A stretch of 64,000 nt of DNA from a bacterium (GTDB lineage Bacteria; UBA8248): NCBI GenBank assembly GCA_965213685.1, contig CBDBZY010000041.1:352001-416000 (forward strand), in the 5' to 3' direction. Positions 1-24,995 of this stretch are shown here, piece after piece (positions within the stretch are counted from its first letter, which is position 1; each line of letters opens with the position of its first letter). The notes beneath the pieces were generated by a model. The model did no database searches. It had not been told where the DNA came from and worked only from the letters and a program-made list of their open reading frames with translations. The translations under genes and the position numbers were made by a program.

Positions 1-12138
<12,138 letters not shown>

Positions 12139-12466
12139 CTCCACTCGCTGCCGCAGGAGAGAGGGAGCAGAGGCTGGAGCGATGGAGTGCAGTGAGCGTG
12201 AGGTGCTTCTATTTAGAGCACATGGGCGGAGTTAGTGGTCCAACTGTGTCTACATCATAACATGTTCGTTATGTATATGTGTGTTGGAATGTACAGCTGT
12301 ACGTCGGAGCAGCAAAGAACGTGTCTTTGACCTGTTTGTTAAGTCGAGTGACCGGGCAAGGGCTAGGAACTACTTTACTTCCATCATGCTTGATCTCATC
12401 ACGCAGGAGTGCAGGTGATTCTTAACATTTGATCCCTCACTAGTACTACATGTGCATGACATTGTA

Positions 12467-13237
12467 TAGTCTCGTGAACCAGACCGTATTTCGTGAACGC
12501 GCATGCGCGCACGAAAGGGGGAGGGGAGGAAGGAAAAATACGGTCTGGCCAAACTGGCCAGGTTTTTGTGGAATAAGCTATCTCGCATCGAGATCTCGGT
12601 GCGACCAATCAGATTACTGGTATGCGGTAATCATCTAATACGGAACGTTTGGAACCCAATCAACCTTCGACCTTTACAAGCTTAGCCGGCCCTGCAGATG
12701 CCAGTCTCTGAGTCTAGCTCTATTCTAGCCGTAGTCTAGCCATCATAGTAGCCGTTTCTCCGCCACATGACCGTATGCTATAGTCCCTAGCCTAGCCCTT
12801 ACACGACAGAGCCGCAAACGGGTGACTCCACACTGAGTTTTCTAGGTTTGTTGATCCATAAGAGAGTCGTCCGTTGTTAAAAGGATGGACGTCATCGTGC
12901 TACCTGTGATTCGGAGACCATAGACCGCTCGTTTACCATTTCGTTTACCTATGCGGAGACAAAGCGCGTATTCCGCCACCCAACTAACTAACCCAGCCAA
13001 CCAAGGCGGTGGCATTCAGTAGCTGTACAGTAGGTTTGTGTGTGCCGAAAAGAACAGACTAGCAAAAGCAAGAGCTAGCTGTATCGCTCATGGCGGAGTC
13101 CTCCCGTTGCGGTTGCTTATGTATAGTGTTAAGTTCCTATTGCTAATTATTCAAACGTGACAACATTCCAAGCGGAAACGAAAACCTGGCGAGTTTGGCC
13201 AGACCGTATTTTCCCTACCGTCTGGTTCACGAGACTA
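12467..13237. mobile_element. Academ(H)-type non-autonomous DNA transposon about 330 bp upstream of the CTR9 ATG
   Basis: TIRs TAGTCTCGTGAACCAGAC / GTCTGGTTCACGAGACTA, 9-bp TSD GACATTGTA; absent at the paralogous site near 31.9 kb. Confidence 0.85.
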
Positions 13238-14401
13238 GACATTGTACATGTGTAGGGCTGAGAGACGTATATTTCTAAGCTGTTGTATGTGCTCTTTCCT
13301 TTCTTAATTCTTCTTTCTATTTATAGTGCTTATACATGTACATGTACATGTATATGTGATTTTTCATGTACTTCTCTTTCTGTTTTTTCCCTCCCTCCTC
13401 CCCTCATCTGTCCTTCAACTTCGTTATTCCTTTCCCCCTCTCTCCCTCTCTCCCTCTCTCCCTCTCTCCTGCAGAGTTGGCACTGGAGGAGACAGCACAG
13501 GGCACTAAATACTCACAGAACTGTCAGTGCCATCAAAGCCATCCTGTGAGACATGCACTGCAGTCAGAGACAATTGTCTGTAATTGCTGCATGTCTTCAC
13601 CATGTAGTCACTCTATCCCCCTCTCCTCTTCCTCCTCCTCCTCCTTTTCTTCCTAATTAATCCTCTCTCCTCCTCCTCTTCCTAATAATTAACCTTCCCC
13701 TATCCTCCTCTTCTTCCTCTTCTTCCTCCTCCTCCTCTTCCAGATTTCTCTATCACTCACTCTCCCCCTCCCTCTCTCTCTTATCATTATTGCTGTCTTC
13801 ATCAGTCCAAACACGTGATGTCGCAATCATTCTTATGTTCTGAACAAACTGCTTTTAATCAAAAAAATAATTTTACAAAGATCACAATGCATTAACACAA
13901 CACAGAATATCGGCTAGTGTTGGAATGAGTGTATAGGGATAATAATATATACACCAACACTTCATTATGAAAAATGTGATTTCAATTGTTCCACTATACA
14001 AAGTTTTCATGTTACATAACGTATGCATGTAAACCAGAATCATACTTATACAATCGTGTAATTATAGCAGCTATTTTCACAAACGTTGGGTATAATTAAG
14101 CCAACACACATAATAACAGGTTGTAATGTGCTTTCTTTACTGTAGTAGTATTAACCAAAATGTACGACATAACGTCTAATCTCACATAACACAATGTATA
14201 CATGTACATGTAAACCACAATACACATATTTGGGGATGTAATTAAGACAACACACATAATAGCAGGTTGTAGGAGAGAAGTAACATGTAATGCTTAGCAG
14301 CATACACAATATTAAATGTAAAATCAAATCACTGCAGTAAATAGTGGTAGTTCACATGTACAGTTGTGCACAGTGAGGTGTTATCAGAGAAGCAATCAGT
14401 G

Positions 14402-17400
14402 TTACTCTAATGATCCTACCCACACTTGCTGGGAATACCACCCAACACCCTCCACAGCCCCTCCAGCCACAAGCAGTTCACCAGAGGGAAGTACTGCACA
14501 AGAGGGAGCCCACATTCCCACAGGAAGCTCTCCACACCTGCTCCATCTCTTCCCTTCTGCCTCATATCTGAAGAGCTCCTTTCTCATTGCTGACCCTCCT
14601 ACTAGTAGCAAGTGCTTCTGCAGGGCTAAGAGTGTGGGGCCATATACTGGAGGGGATGGCAGTTCCTGCCATGTTGGGTCAGTGGTGGTGTTGCGAGTTG
14701 CATTTGATATCAGGGTGGGGAGGTGGGCGGAGAACATGTGAGGCTGACCATCACTCCAGTTATATGATGAGATGTATACGTAATCACTAATGATGACTGC
14801 TGTCATGCCCCTACCCCCCATAGGCACTGGCTGTGCACTGTACCACTGGTGAGTGGAGCAGTCCAGGACTTGTACTGTGTCCTTGTAGAGGTACCCACAT
14901 GCCACAATGAGGTATTGCTGGTAGCCCACAGCAGCTGACCATTCTCTACCTGTTGGCATTCTTGGGTAGTGCTGAGTATTCCAGCGGTGACCCTCACTGT
15001 CCCATAATTGGATAGCAGTGCTGCCTCCCTCACCACCAGCTAGTAATAGCTGGTCCTTGACTGATGCCATGGCAAAGCAGCACTCAGTGCTCTTTGGTAG
15101 CTGAGACCACTTCCCCCTACTGGGGTCATACCTCATAACAATGTAGTCATTGTTGTCCTCTCCAGCCTCCCCATTAATGTAGACTTCTCCCTTCAGTGCT
15201 ACTGTGTGAGCATACTGGACTCCAAAGGGCAAGTCCTTTCCTCTCCTCCATTTGAGCGGGAGGGGCCATCTCAGTGGCTGGACCTGGGGCTGTAATGAGG
15301 TGAATGATGCAGGGAGGGAGGGAGGGAGGGAGTAAGGGAGGGATGGAGGGAGAGAGGGAGGTGGAGAGGGAGAGGGAGGAAGACAGAAGGAGTGGTGTAA
15401 GAATAGTGGTATGGAGAGAAGGTGAAAGTGAGGAAAGGGGGAGGAAGGAGAAAGATAATGAATGCACACATGTATATGTGCTGATGACATTCCATGTAAA
15501 CAATTCTGTACACAGGTGTGGTATACATGTAGCTGGGTAGTAATGCAGGAGCTATTGATTAATTAGCTACAAATATAGGTTATACCATGCAGTGGAGGTA
15601 TATACGGGAATTTATACCATGCTTACTATGAATCCTACGATCTGATTGGTCAGTGTGAGGTCCTTTATTTTACTTATTAGACCTCTGACTGTGGAATTTT
15701 GTCACCTGATTGGTCAGATTTACTTATTAGACCTCTGACGGTGGAATTCTGTCACCTGATTGGTCAGATTTACTTATTAGACCTCTGAAGCTACTTATTA
15801 GACCTCTGAAGGCCGTGCGTGTTTGTACACGCTTTCCTCGTCGTAGCCTCGGGGACAAGTCTTGTACGTATCACGCGCAAAGCGTCGCGCGTACGTCGTT
15901 TGCGCGTGGTGTGCGCGCGTCGTATCCAGGCCCGCGGGGCAGACAGTACAGCTATCACGCGGAGCCATGGCGCGCGTGTACGTGCCTGTGTTTGTGCACG
16001 CTTTCTGCCCCGTAGCCTCGGGACAACTGCTGTACGTGTCACGCGCAAGGCGTCGCGCGTAAGTCGTTTGCTCGTGCGTCGTATCCGGAACGCCCGAGCC
16101 CGCAGGGCATAGAGTACAGCTATCACGCGGCCGGAGCCATGGCGCGTGTACGTGCGCGTGCAGTGTATCTGCATGGCATAAATACCTTATACCATGCCGT
16201 GTCGGTATATACGGGAATGCATAAGACCTTGGAAACCTTAGAGACCCTTGCGCTTCGCGCGCGGGTCTCTAAACCGGTTTCCGCGGTCTTATACATTCCC
16301 GTATATACCTCCACTGCATGGTATAACCTATATGTATAAGACCACGAAACCGGTTTAGAGACCCGCGCGCGAAGCGCAAGGGTCTCTAAGGTTTCCAAGG
16401 TCTTATGCATTCCCATATATACCGACACGGCATGGTATAGGGTATTTATGCCATGCAGATGCACTGCACGCGCACGTACACGCGCCATGGCTCCGGCCGC
16501 GTGATAGCTGTACTCTATGCCCTGCGGGCTCGGGCGTCCCGGATACGACGCACGAGCAAACGACTTACGCGCGACGCCTTGCGCATGACACGTACAACAG
16601 TTGTCTCGAGGCTACGAGGCAGAAAGCGTGCACAAACACAGGCACGTACACCCGCGCCATGGCTCCGCGTGATAGCTGTACTCTGCCCCGCGGGCCTGGA
16701 TACGACGCGCGCACACCACGCGCAAACGACGTACGCGCGACGCTTTGCGCGTGATACGTACAAGACTTGTCCCCGAGGCTATAGCGTGTACAAACACGCA
16801 CGGCCTTCAGAGGTCTAATAAGTAGCTTCAGAGGTCTAATAAGTAAATCTGACCAATCAGGTGACAGAATTCCACCATCAGAGGTCTAATAAGTAAATCT
16901 GACCAATCAGGTGACAAAATTCCAGTCAGAGGTCTAATAAGTAAAATAAAGGACTTCACACTGACCAATCAGATCGTAGGATTCATAGTAAGCTTGATAT
17001 AAATATAGGTTATACCATGCAGTGGAGGTATATACGGGAATGTATAAGACCGCGGAAACCGGTTTAGAGACCCGCGCGCGAAGCGCAAGGGTCTCTAAGG
17101 TTTCCAAGGTCTTATGCATTCCCATATATACCGACACGGCATGGTATAGGGTATTTATGCCATGCAGATGCACTGCACGCGCACGTACACGCGCCATGGC
17201 TCCGGCCGCGTGATAGCTGTACTCTATGCCCTGCGGGCTCGGGCGTCCCGGATACGACGCACGAGCAAACGACTTACGCGCGACGCCTTGCGCATGACAC
17301 GTACAACAGTTGTCTCGAGGCTACGAGGCAGAAAGCGTGCACAAACACAGGCACGTACACCCGCGCCATGGCTCCGCGTGATAGCTGTACTCTGCCCCGC

Positions 17401-20400
17401 GGGCCTGGATACGACGCGCGCACACCACGCGCAAACGACGTACGCGCGACGCTTTGCGCGTGATACGTACAAGACTTGTCCCCGAGGCTATAGCGTGTAC
17501 AAACACGCACGGCCTTCAGAGGTCTAATAAGTAGCTTCAGAGGTCTAATAAGTAAATCTGACCAATCAGGTGACAGAATTCCACCATCAGAGGTCTAATA
17601 AGTAAATCTGACCAATCAGGTGACAAAATTCCAGTCAGAGGTCTAATAAGTAAAATAAAGGACTTCACACTGACCAATCAGATCGTAGGATTCATAGTAA
17701 GCTTGATATAAATATAGGTTATACCATGCAGTGGAGGTATATACGGGAATGTATAAGACCGCGGAAACCGGTTTAGAGACCCGCGCGCGAAGCGCAAGGG
17801 TCTCTAAGGTTTCCAAGGTCCTATGCATTCCCGTATATACCGACACGGCATGGTATAAGGTATTTATGCCATGCAGATGCACTGCACGCGCACGTACACG
17901 CGCCATGGCTCCGGCCGCGTGATAGCTGTACTCTGTGCCCTGCGGGCTCGGGCGTCACGGATACGACGCACGAGCAAACGACTTACGCGCGACGCCTTGC
18001 GCGTGACACGTACAACAGTTGTCCCGAGGCTACGAAGCAGAAAGCGTGCACAAACACAGACACGTACACGCGCGCCATGGCTCCGCGTGATAGCTGTACC
18101 CTCTGCCCCGCGGGCCTGGATACGACGCGCGCACACCACGCGCAAACGACGTACGCGCGACGCTTTGCGCGTGATACGTACAAGACTTGTCCCCGAGGCT
18201 ACGACGAGGAAAGCGTGTACAAACACACACGGCCTTCAGAGGTCTAATAAGTAGCTTCAGAGGTCTAATAAGTAAATCTGACCAATCAGGTGACAGAATT
18301 CCACCTTCAGAGGTCTAATAAGTAAATCTGACCAATCAGGTGACAAAATTCCACAGTCAGAGGTCTAATAAATAAAATAAAGGACCTCACACTGACCAAT
18401 CAGATAGTAGGATTCATAGTAAGCATGGTATAAATTCATTTATTATTTCCTTGGCAAGAAGGTTAACCATGTACACTAGGGTAACACACTATCTCATCTT
18501 GTGTGGCTGGCTCACAGGTGGAGGGTGTGCACTGTTCTGGTGTCTGATTATTGAGGAATAGAATGGCCACACCAGTCTCTCCTCTCACACCATATGTGTG
18601 AGTGTCTTCCTCTAGCTCTTCTTCCCTCCCTCTCCCTCACTCCCTCTCCTTCCTCCCCTCTCCTTCCCTCCCTCCCTCTCCTTCCCTCCCTCTCCTTCCC
18701 TCCCTCTCCTTCCTTCCCTCTCCTTCCCTCCCTCTCCTTCCCTCCCACCTAGTGCAGTTTTAGTTTAGAGGGATTTGCAGTTGATTACTTCTTACCATTG
18801 CTGGAGCACTTTTGTTAGTTGCCCTAATTAATTTTGTTATACTTCGATCTCTTAATAGAACTTCAACACAATTCTTTGATTACATATCTCTGATTGCTTG
18901 CTAGTAGGGATGTAGTTAAGTACACAACAACTTACTGTAGTTTTAGTTGCATGTAGTTATAATTAACAACAATACCATTTACTAGAAGGCTGTACAGATT
19001 ACTACAGAATTCAACACAATGACTGCAGTGACTGTGTACAGACATGGCAGTACTGGTTTTAATTAACATTTCTGTGGGCTGTGACAATTAGTGTTGGTTT
19101 AGTGTACTTTTGTTGCGATTAACTACTACAGTGCCACCCTTCTTCCCTTCCTCTCACCCTTCCCTCACACCCTCACACCGTCAACCCCTCCCCTCCTCCC
19201 TACCCTCTCCTCCCCTCTCCCTCCCCTCCTCCTCTTCCTGTGCCATATGATTATGTGTATCTAACCTCTAGCTCTTCTTCCATCCCTTCCATTCCCCCCT
19301 CTCCTTCCCTTCCTACCCCCTCCCCCCTTTTCTCCTCCCTCCTCCTCCCCTCCCCTGGCAGCCCCTTCCCTCCTTCCTCCCCTTCCCCCGTCCCCCTTCC
19401 CTGCTCTCCCCCTCCCCCTTCTCCCTGCCCTCCTCCCTCCCTTCCTTCCTCCCTCCCCCTCCCCTCCTCCCTTCCTTCTTTCACCCTCCCTCACTCCCTA
19501 TCAGTATCTTCCCTCCATCCTTCCTTCATCCCTCCTTCCTTACCCCCTCCCCCCCTCTCTCTCTCTCTTCCTTCTCCTGCTCCCCTCTTTCCTTCCCTCC
19601 CTCTTCCCCCATTTTCTCAATCCTTACATCTCCCCCACCTCCCTCCCTCCCCTTCCCCCTTCCACCCTTCCCTTTACCTTCCCCCCCTCCCTCAATCTCC
19701 ACCTCCCTTCCTCATTCTTCCCTCATACTTCCCTGCCTCTCTCTCTTTTCTCTTTCCCACCCTCCCCCACTCCCTCCCCTTCCCCCTCTCTCACTTCTCC
19801 CCTCATTTCTTCTCATACTCCCCTCACCCTCCCCTCCTCTCTGCCTCCCCCTCCCTCCCCCTCCCTCCCTTCTTCCCCACCTCCCCCTCCCTCCCCCTCC
19901 CTCCCTCCCCCCTCCCCTCCTCTCTCCCTTTACCCTCCCCCTTCCTTCTCCTCCCTCCTCCCTTCTCTTCTGCCTTTTCTTTCACCCCTTCCCCCCCCTC
20001 CTCCTCCTCCCTCTCTCTCCCCCCTCTCCCCATCCCTCCTTCCTCTCCCTCCTCCTCTCCCTCCTCCTCTCCCTTCCTATTCTCAACCTCCACCTCCCTT
20101 CCTTGTTCTTCTTTCCTCATACTTCCCTGCCTCTCTCTCTTTTCTCTTGCCCCACTTCCCCCTCCTCTCTCCCCCCTACCCCCCTCCCCCTCTTCCCCCT
20201 TCCCCCTCTTCCACCTCTCCCCCCCTCCCCCCTCCCCCCTCCCACTTATCCCTTTCCTCTTGACCTTCTCTCTCCCTTGTTCACCCTCCATCCCTCTCTC
20301 GTATATACCTCCCTCCTCTTCTTGTCCCTTCATCCTTCCTTCCTCCACCTCCCTTCCACACTCTCTCTCCTCTCCCATTACACATGTTTCCACACTACTA

Positions 20401-23400
20401 GAGATAGTTATCACTACATGTAAATCACCCACTGCAGTACCTGCTCATGAGCGTTGGCCTGATTAGGAGAGCTCATCTGAGAGGGAGCTTTGGGGGCAGT
20501 CTAAAGGAAAGGATTATCACTGTGAAATATCTAATTGTAAGGAACACTGTAGCAAGGAGAGAATGAATGGCAGAAGAGAGGAGAAGGTCTAGAGGAATGG
20601 GTCTAAATATTAATGTGGTAAGATGGAATGGAGGGGAGAAGGAAGGAGGGAGACTAGGGAGGAGGAAGGGAGGTGGGAAGAGGTGGAAGAGGAGGGAGGA
20701 AGGGGAGGAAGGAGAAGGGGGGAAAGGGGAAGGGAGAGGGGTAAGAGGAGGGAGGAAGGGGAAGAAGGGGAAGAGGAGGGAGGAAGGGGGGAGATAGGGG
20801 AGAGAGGAGGGAAAAAGAGGGAGGGAAAAGTAGGGGGGAGGGGAGGAAGAGGGGGGAGGGGAAGGGGAAGGAGAGAGAGAGGAGGGAAAGGGGAGGGAGA
20901 GGGGGGAGGGGGAGGTAGAGGGGAGGGGAGGGAAAGGGAGGGAGGGGGGAGGGGGGAGGGGGAGGGGAGGAAGACGGGGGAAGGGGAGTGAGGAGACTCC
21001 AGGAGGGGGAGAGGAGGGGGGTGGGGGGGGAAGAAGGGGAGGGGGGAGGGAAGAAAGAGGGCAAGAGGGGAGAGGGAGTGTGGGAGGGGAGAGAAAGGGT
21101 AGAGGAAAGGGGGAGAGTGAAGGGGGGGAGGGGAGGGAGGGGGTAGAAGGCAAAAGGGGAGAAGTGGAGGGTGAGAATGCCCACTGAAAAGGAGGGGGAG
21201 GGAGTGGAGGGGGTGGGGAGAAAAGGGGAAGGGAGGGGAGGGGGAGGGGGAGGAGAGGGAAGGGGGGAGGAGGGGTAAGGAGGGGAGGGGGAGGAGGGAG
21301 GGGGAGGAGGAGGGGAGGCAAAGGGGGAAGGAAGGGGGTTAGGGGGAGGGATGACGGAGGGAGGGTGGAATCAGAGGAGGTGTGACAGGGTCAAAAGGTT
21401 CACCTATTATGTCACGTACGCCATATATAATACGCAGCACTCTGCATGTTTCACCACTGCACCCGAACTTAGCTAGTTGAAAACAGTCTCTATGTGCTTC
21501 GCTTTAGTTTGATGCTATTTTAGTCACCACGCTCTCCACTAGCAAGCCCTTGTGAACGTTGTGAGTATGTATCCCTGTACCTACATCATGCCAAAGGAAT
21601 GTTTGGAGTGTCATTACTACTTGTACATACACATAGGCATAATGTATACAGGTGTTTTTGCGGAGGGTACAGTGGCTAAAATGGCATCAAAACTAAACAG
21701 AACCACGTAGAGACTGTTTTCAACAAGTTACCATCGAGGTAAAGTGGTGAACTTGTCTGCTATACATTCTCGATGGCGCACATGACCATATTAATTTGAT
21801 CTTTTGACCCTGTCGAACCTCCCCTGGGATGGAATGAGGAGGAGTAGAGGGTGAGAGGGAGGGAGAGAGAACAGGAGAATAGCCACAGCTCACAGATCTT
21901 GGTGTGGCTGGAGATGTCTTGTACACTGCAGAATTCTTGCTTGCCTAATAAGGGCAATAAAGAGAGAAGAGAATGAAATTGAATGCTAATCTGCTTTGTC
22001 CTCCTTTCCTCTCTTCCTTGCTTTGTTCCTTTTTGCTTCCCCTCACTATCTTTTGCACTTGGAGCATTACCTGCACATCAGCTTGCTGTGGTCCTTGAGG
22101 GGTCATCTGAGAGTCACCTTTTGGGCTGGGACTGGGCCTAGGGGGAGTCTGGAGGAGACAGGTTTGCTGTGTTTAGTTCATGGCAATAGGACTACTAATC
22201 ATTACAACAACTTTGTGATATGCACCAATCCTATCTGTTTCCTGTAAAAAGTCAGTACTGAGAACTCTATTACTAGAGTCAGTAGCAGGAGGGGGAGGTA
22301 GGGGGGAGAGAAGGGGGGGGGGGGGGGGGGGGGGGGAAGAAGGGGAGGGGGGAGGGAAGAAAGAGGACAAGAGGGGAGAGGGAGTGTGGGAGGGGAGAGA
22401 AAGGGTAGTGAGAACTCTATTACTAGAATCAATAGGATGATGACCAGTACATGAATCGATCTCCTTTACTTGTACACAATCAAGCATAATACACATATAA
22501 AAATACTCACCAACTCTTGTTTGCTCAGATGTTCAACCTCTGCCTTTAGGGACTGATTCTCCTGTGTCAGTTGTTGAACCTCTTGGACCAGTTGTGTGTT
22601 CTTCTTCTCCACTGAATTCTTCTCCTGTTCTTTTGAGTGCACTGCTCGTTGCAGTGATCCAATGTGCTGGTTCTTGGAGAGAATCTGCAGCTCATGCAAT
22701 TCAATCTGCTGGGTTTGCTCCTTCACTGTCTGCACCAACACCAATCTGTCCATGTGACATTCTGCATCATCGATCTCACCCCTGGCTCGCTCTAGTAGCT
22801 GCACCACCTGATCTATCGAGGGCCGATTCCTTGGAAAGTTCCCAAGGCAGCGCTTGATCATCTGCACAAGAGGATGATCATCATGGAACTGCCTGTAGAT
22901 CTGCTGCATGTACTCCTCTCGCCGCTCCAGCTCACTTCGAATGGCTGGTCTTCCACGCTTATCTTCGTACACTTGTGCCAGAACCTTATGGGGGAAGTGT
23001 TGTGTGAGGGTGAAAATGGCCACCACACCCAGCGAGAAGATGTCGATCGTCATGTCGTATCGTGATTCATCTCCCAGGGCCTCTGGGGGCATGTAGATGG
23101 ACGCACCAGGTGCTTTGGTCATGGTGGTTACCCTCATGCTGGGGACAATCCTAGCCACCCCAAGGTCTGCAATTTTGGCTGTCATGGCGGAGTTCAGGAG
23201 AACGTTTCTCGCGGAAAGATCCCGATGGATCAACGGCGGAGAACGACTGTGCAGGTAGCAGAGACCTTGAGCGACGTCGTAGAGGAACGAGTGCTTGAGG
23301 CCCAGGGGGATATCGGGCCGAGTCTCCAGCAGGTCGTGGAGGCTGGTCAGCAGTCGCTCCATCACCAGCGCAGGGAGCCGCGAGCCCGGCAGCACGCAGA

Positions 23401-23674
23401 TGCCGAGAAAGAGGACGATGTGTGGGTGGCGGAGGGTGCTCATGAGTCGGCACTCCTCAACGAACTGGCCTGCCGCCCTCTCCATCTCAGCCTGCGGTAT
23501 TTCGGAGCGGTCTTGGAAGATGTCGTGGATCTTCTTGATGGCGCAGACCGCTCCAGGTATCTCCCCCTCCTCCACGCTGCCGTAGGCTCCTGAGCCGATT
23601 CTTGTGCCGGTTAGTCGCACGTTTTGGAGCTGAAACGCGCTCAGCTCGGGGTAATCGCGAAGGAGATTCGCCAT
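14402..23674 (-). CDS. Kinase-coiled coil-Kelch protein, copy 1 (apparently intact, about 760-775 aa)
   Basis: Exon 23674-22511 encodes a kinase (GSGAYG, CAIK, HRDLSARN, DLG, YMPPE, DIFSLG) plus a heptad-rich coiled coil. Phase-0 linker exons: 22241-22206 (ETDRIGAYHKVV), 22148-22071, 21944-21894, 20500-20441, possibly 18543-18490. Terminal Kelch exon 15289-14402 is 888 nt with GG...Y...W repeats. Linker exons are inferred from AG/GT ends, phase and paralog conservation. Confidence 0.85.
15575..18435. mobile_element. ~710-725 bp element: three head-to-tail copies plus one inverted copy nested inside the first
   Basis: Units start ATAGGTTATACCATGC at 15575, 17005 and 17714 (period 709) and end GCATGGTATAAAT at 18435. 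The inverted copy at 15610-16331 interrupts unit 1 with an AT duplication. Confidence 0.85.
19135..21365. repeat. Giant polypyrimidine then polypurine tracts flanking a 60-nt exon
   Basis: C/T-only run about 19135-20375 and G/A-only run about 20570-21365, with exon 20500-20441 at the switch; paralogous layout at 35350-39020. Confidence 0.9.
21476..21724. mobile_element. MITE with ~55-bp terminal inverted repeats
   Basis: GTTGAAAACAGTCTCTATGTG...TTTAGTTTTGATGCTATTTTAG is mirrored at about 21672-21724. Confidence 0.6.
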
Positions 23675-23676
23675 AT

Positions 23677-24995
23677 CATAGATATTTAACCTCACAGAAC
23701 GGGATAGGAAGCGGATCACGTGATGCTTTACGTACCCGTCTTGAGAAGAGACTCGATCCGCATTGGTAGCTGATTAACACCTTCGCTTTTCAGATTGCCG
23801 ACCGTAAGGAAGAGAAGCAAGCGACTGGATAACGCTCAGATTCCCGAAACGACTGTTCTCCTGCCCTGTTTCCCTGTTCGCTCCGTGGAAGGCTCTCTGG
23901 CAGGTTAATGTAGTACTGTACGGTGTCTAGGTTCTGCTAATACTCTCGCGCTGTAAACTAATCCGCGTTTTGTACGTGTTAGGAGGGAGGGAAGTATCTT
24001 TGTCAGCGTTTAGGGGCGAAGTAGAAGAACTGTTTTGGATTTCAGTATTACTGTGGAGTCCCCCTGAGCTTAAAGTTTTGCATGGGCCCAAAAGAAGGCC
24101 AAAGAACTCAACTTCTTGTCTACTATTGCACATATTAGCGTTCTCACACCTGAAGCAAGCGTATAACTTTGTCAGCAGTTGTTGCTTAAACAAAACCCTG
24201 GACATACATATACTTTGTAAAGGCATGTTCTGCTGTAGTTCCTATTTTGCATGGTGTAAGTGTGAGTCCAAGGGGCCTTTCCAAACATGAGTTACTGACG
24301 TTTGAATTCAGGCACTATTCACACCTACAGACATGTACAGGAGATTTTGGCTGTCAACTCACCAGAAGAATGAGTTCAGGAAGGCAAGAGCAGCACACCA
24401 ACAGGGACAGCAAGGAGTTACAGCAGTGACCCTGACTGTAGAGTCAGTTCAGGATTCAGAGTTGGACCTTTCCCAGCCCTTGTGCCCTCCTGCCCTACTG
24501 ATTGTTAGTGTGCCACTGCAGTCAGTCTCACTCTTCCCTATCTCCCTTGACAAGAGTGTGTACCTTCATGCACCTGTATAATGCATTATTGATGTGTACA
24601 ATAATGCCGCAATAATGGATTTAAAATTTCAATACAGGTTTAATGCTCTGATGAATAGAGTTCTCTGCGCAATCATTTCTTTCGTTGGAGAGTCTGCTAT
24701 GTGTTCTGTTTGTACATTTCCACACATGACTTAACAAAAGTAAATCCACGTATGGTTATGGGGAATTCGGCTTTGATCAACTCCTGGAGTATGTGATGTG
24801 ACAACATAGATAGTAGACCTCGCGAGGTCTACTATCTATGGCTAGAGCAACTTGCGGCGCTGACGGTAGGCAATTGGATTAGGCAACAGCGCTTCCACTA
24901 AATGTTACTGTTTCCGGTACAACGCGGATCGACGTGTGAAGTGGTGTGAATTTAGCTTCGTTTCCAATCCCGTTCCGTGAGGTTAAATATCTATG
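23677..24995. mobile_element. 1.3-kb TIR element (CATAGATA ends, 7-bp TSD; P- or hAT-like) inserted at the kinase copy-1 start codon
   Basis: TIR CATAGATATTTAACCTCAC(A/G)GAACGGGAT, TSD GCCATAT (contains the minus-strand ATG); copy 3 has the empty site near 58085-58098. Confidence 0.85.

Noticed and set aside
14402-15289. Kelch exon as a RAG2-like partner of the RAG1-like fossil
   Set aside because: It is spliced to a kinase, has no PHD, lies on the same strand about 7 kb away across CTR9 exons, and shares no TIRs with the fossil.
15660-15810. Short repeated TTACTTATTAGACCTCTGA motifs resembling a CRISPR array
   Set aside because: The intervening sequences are themselves repeats, the context is eukaryotic, and there are no cas genes; these are internal tandem repeats of the 709-bp element.
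19240-21321. Long Pro/Ser/Leu- or Gly/Arg/Glu-rich ORFs (also 35302-36138, 38419-39033, 55999-56678)
   Set aside because: Artefacts of stop-free polypyrimidine and polypurine tracts.
23225-23593. Plus-strand ORFs overlapping the kinase exons (also 57638-58006)
   Set aside because: Antisense shadows of GC-rich coding sequence.
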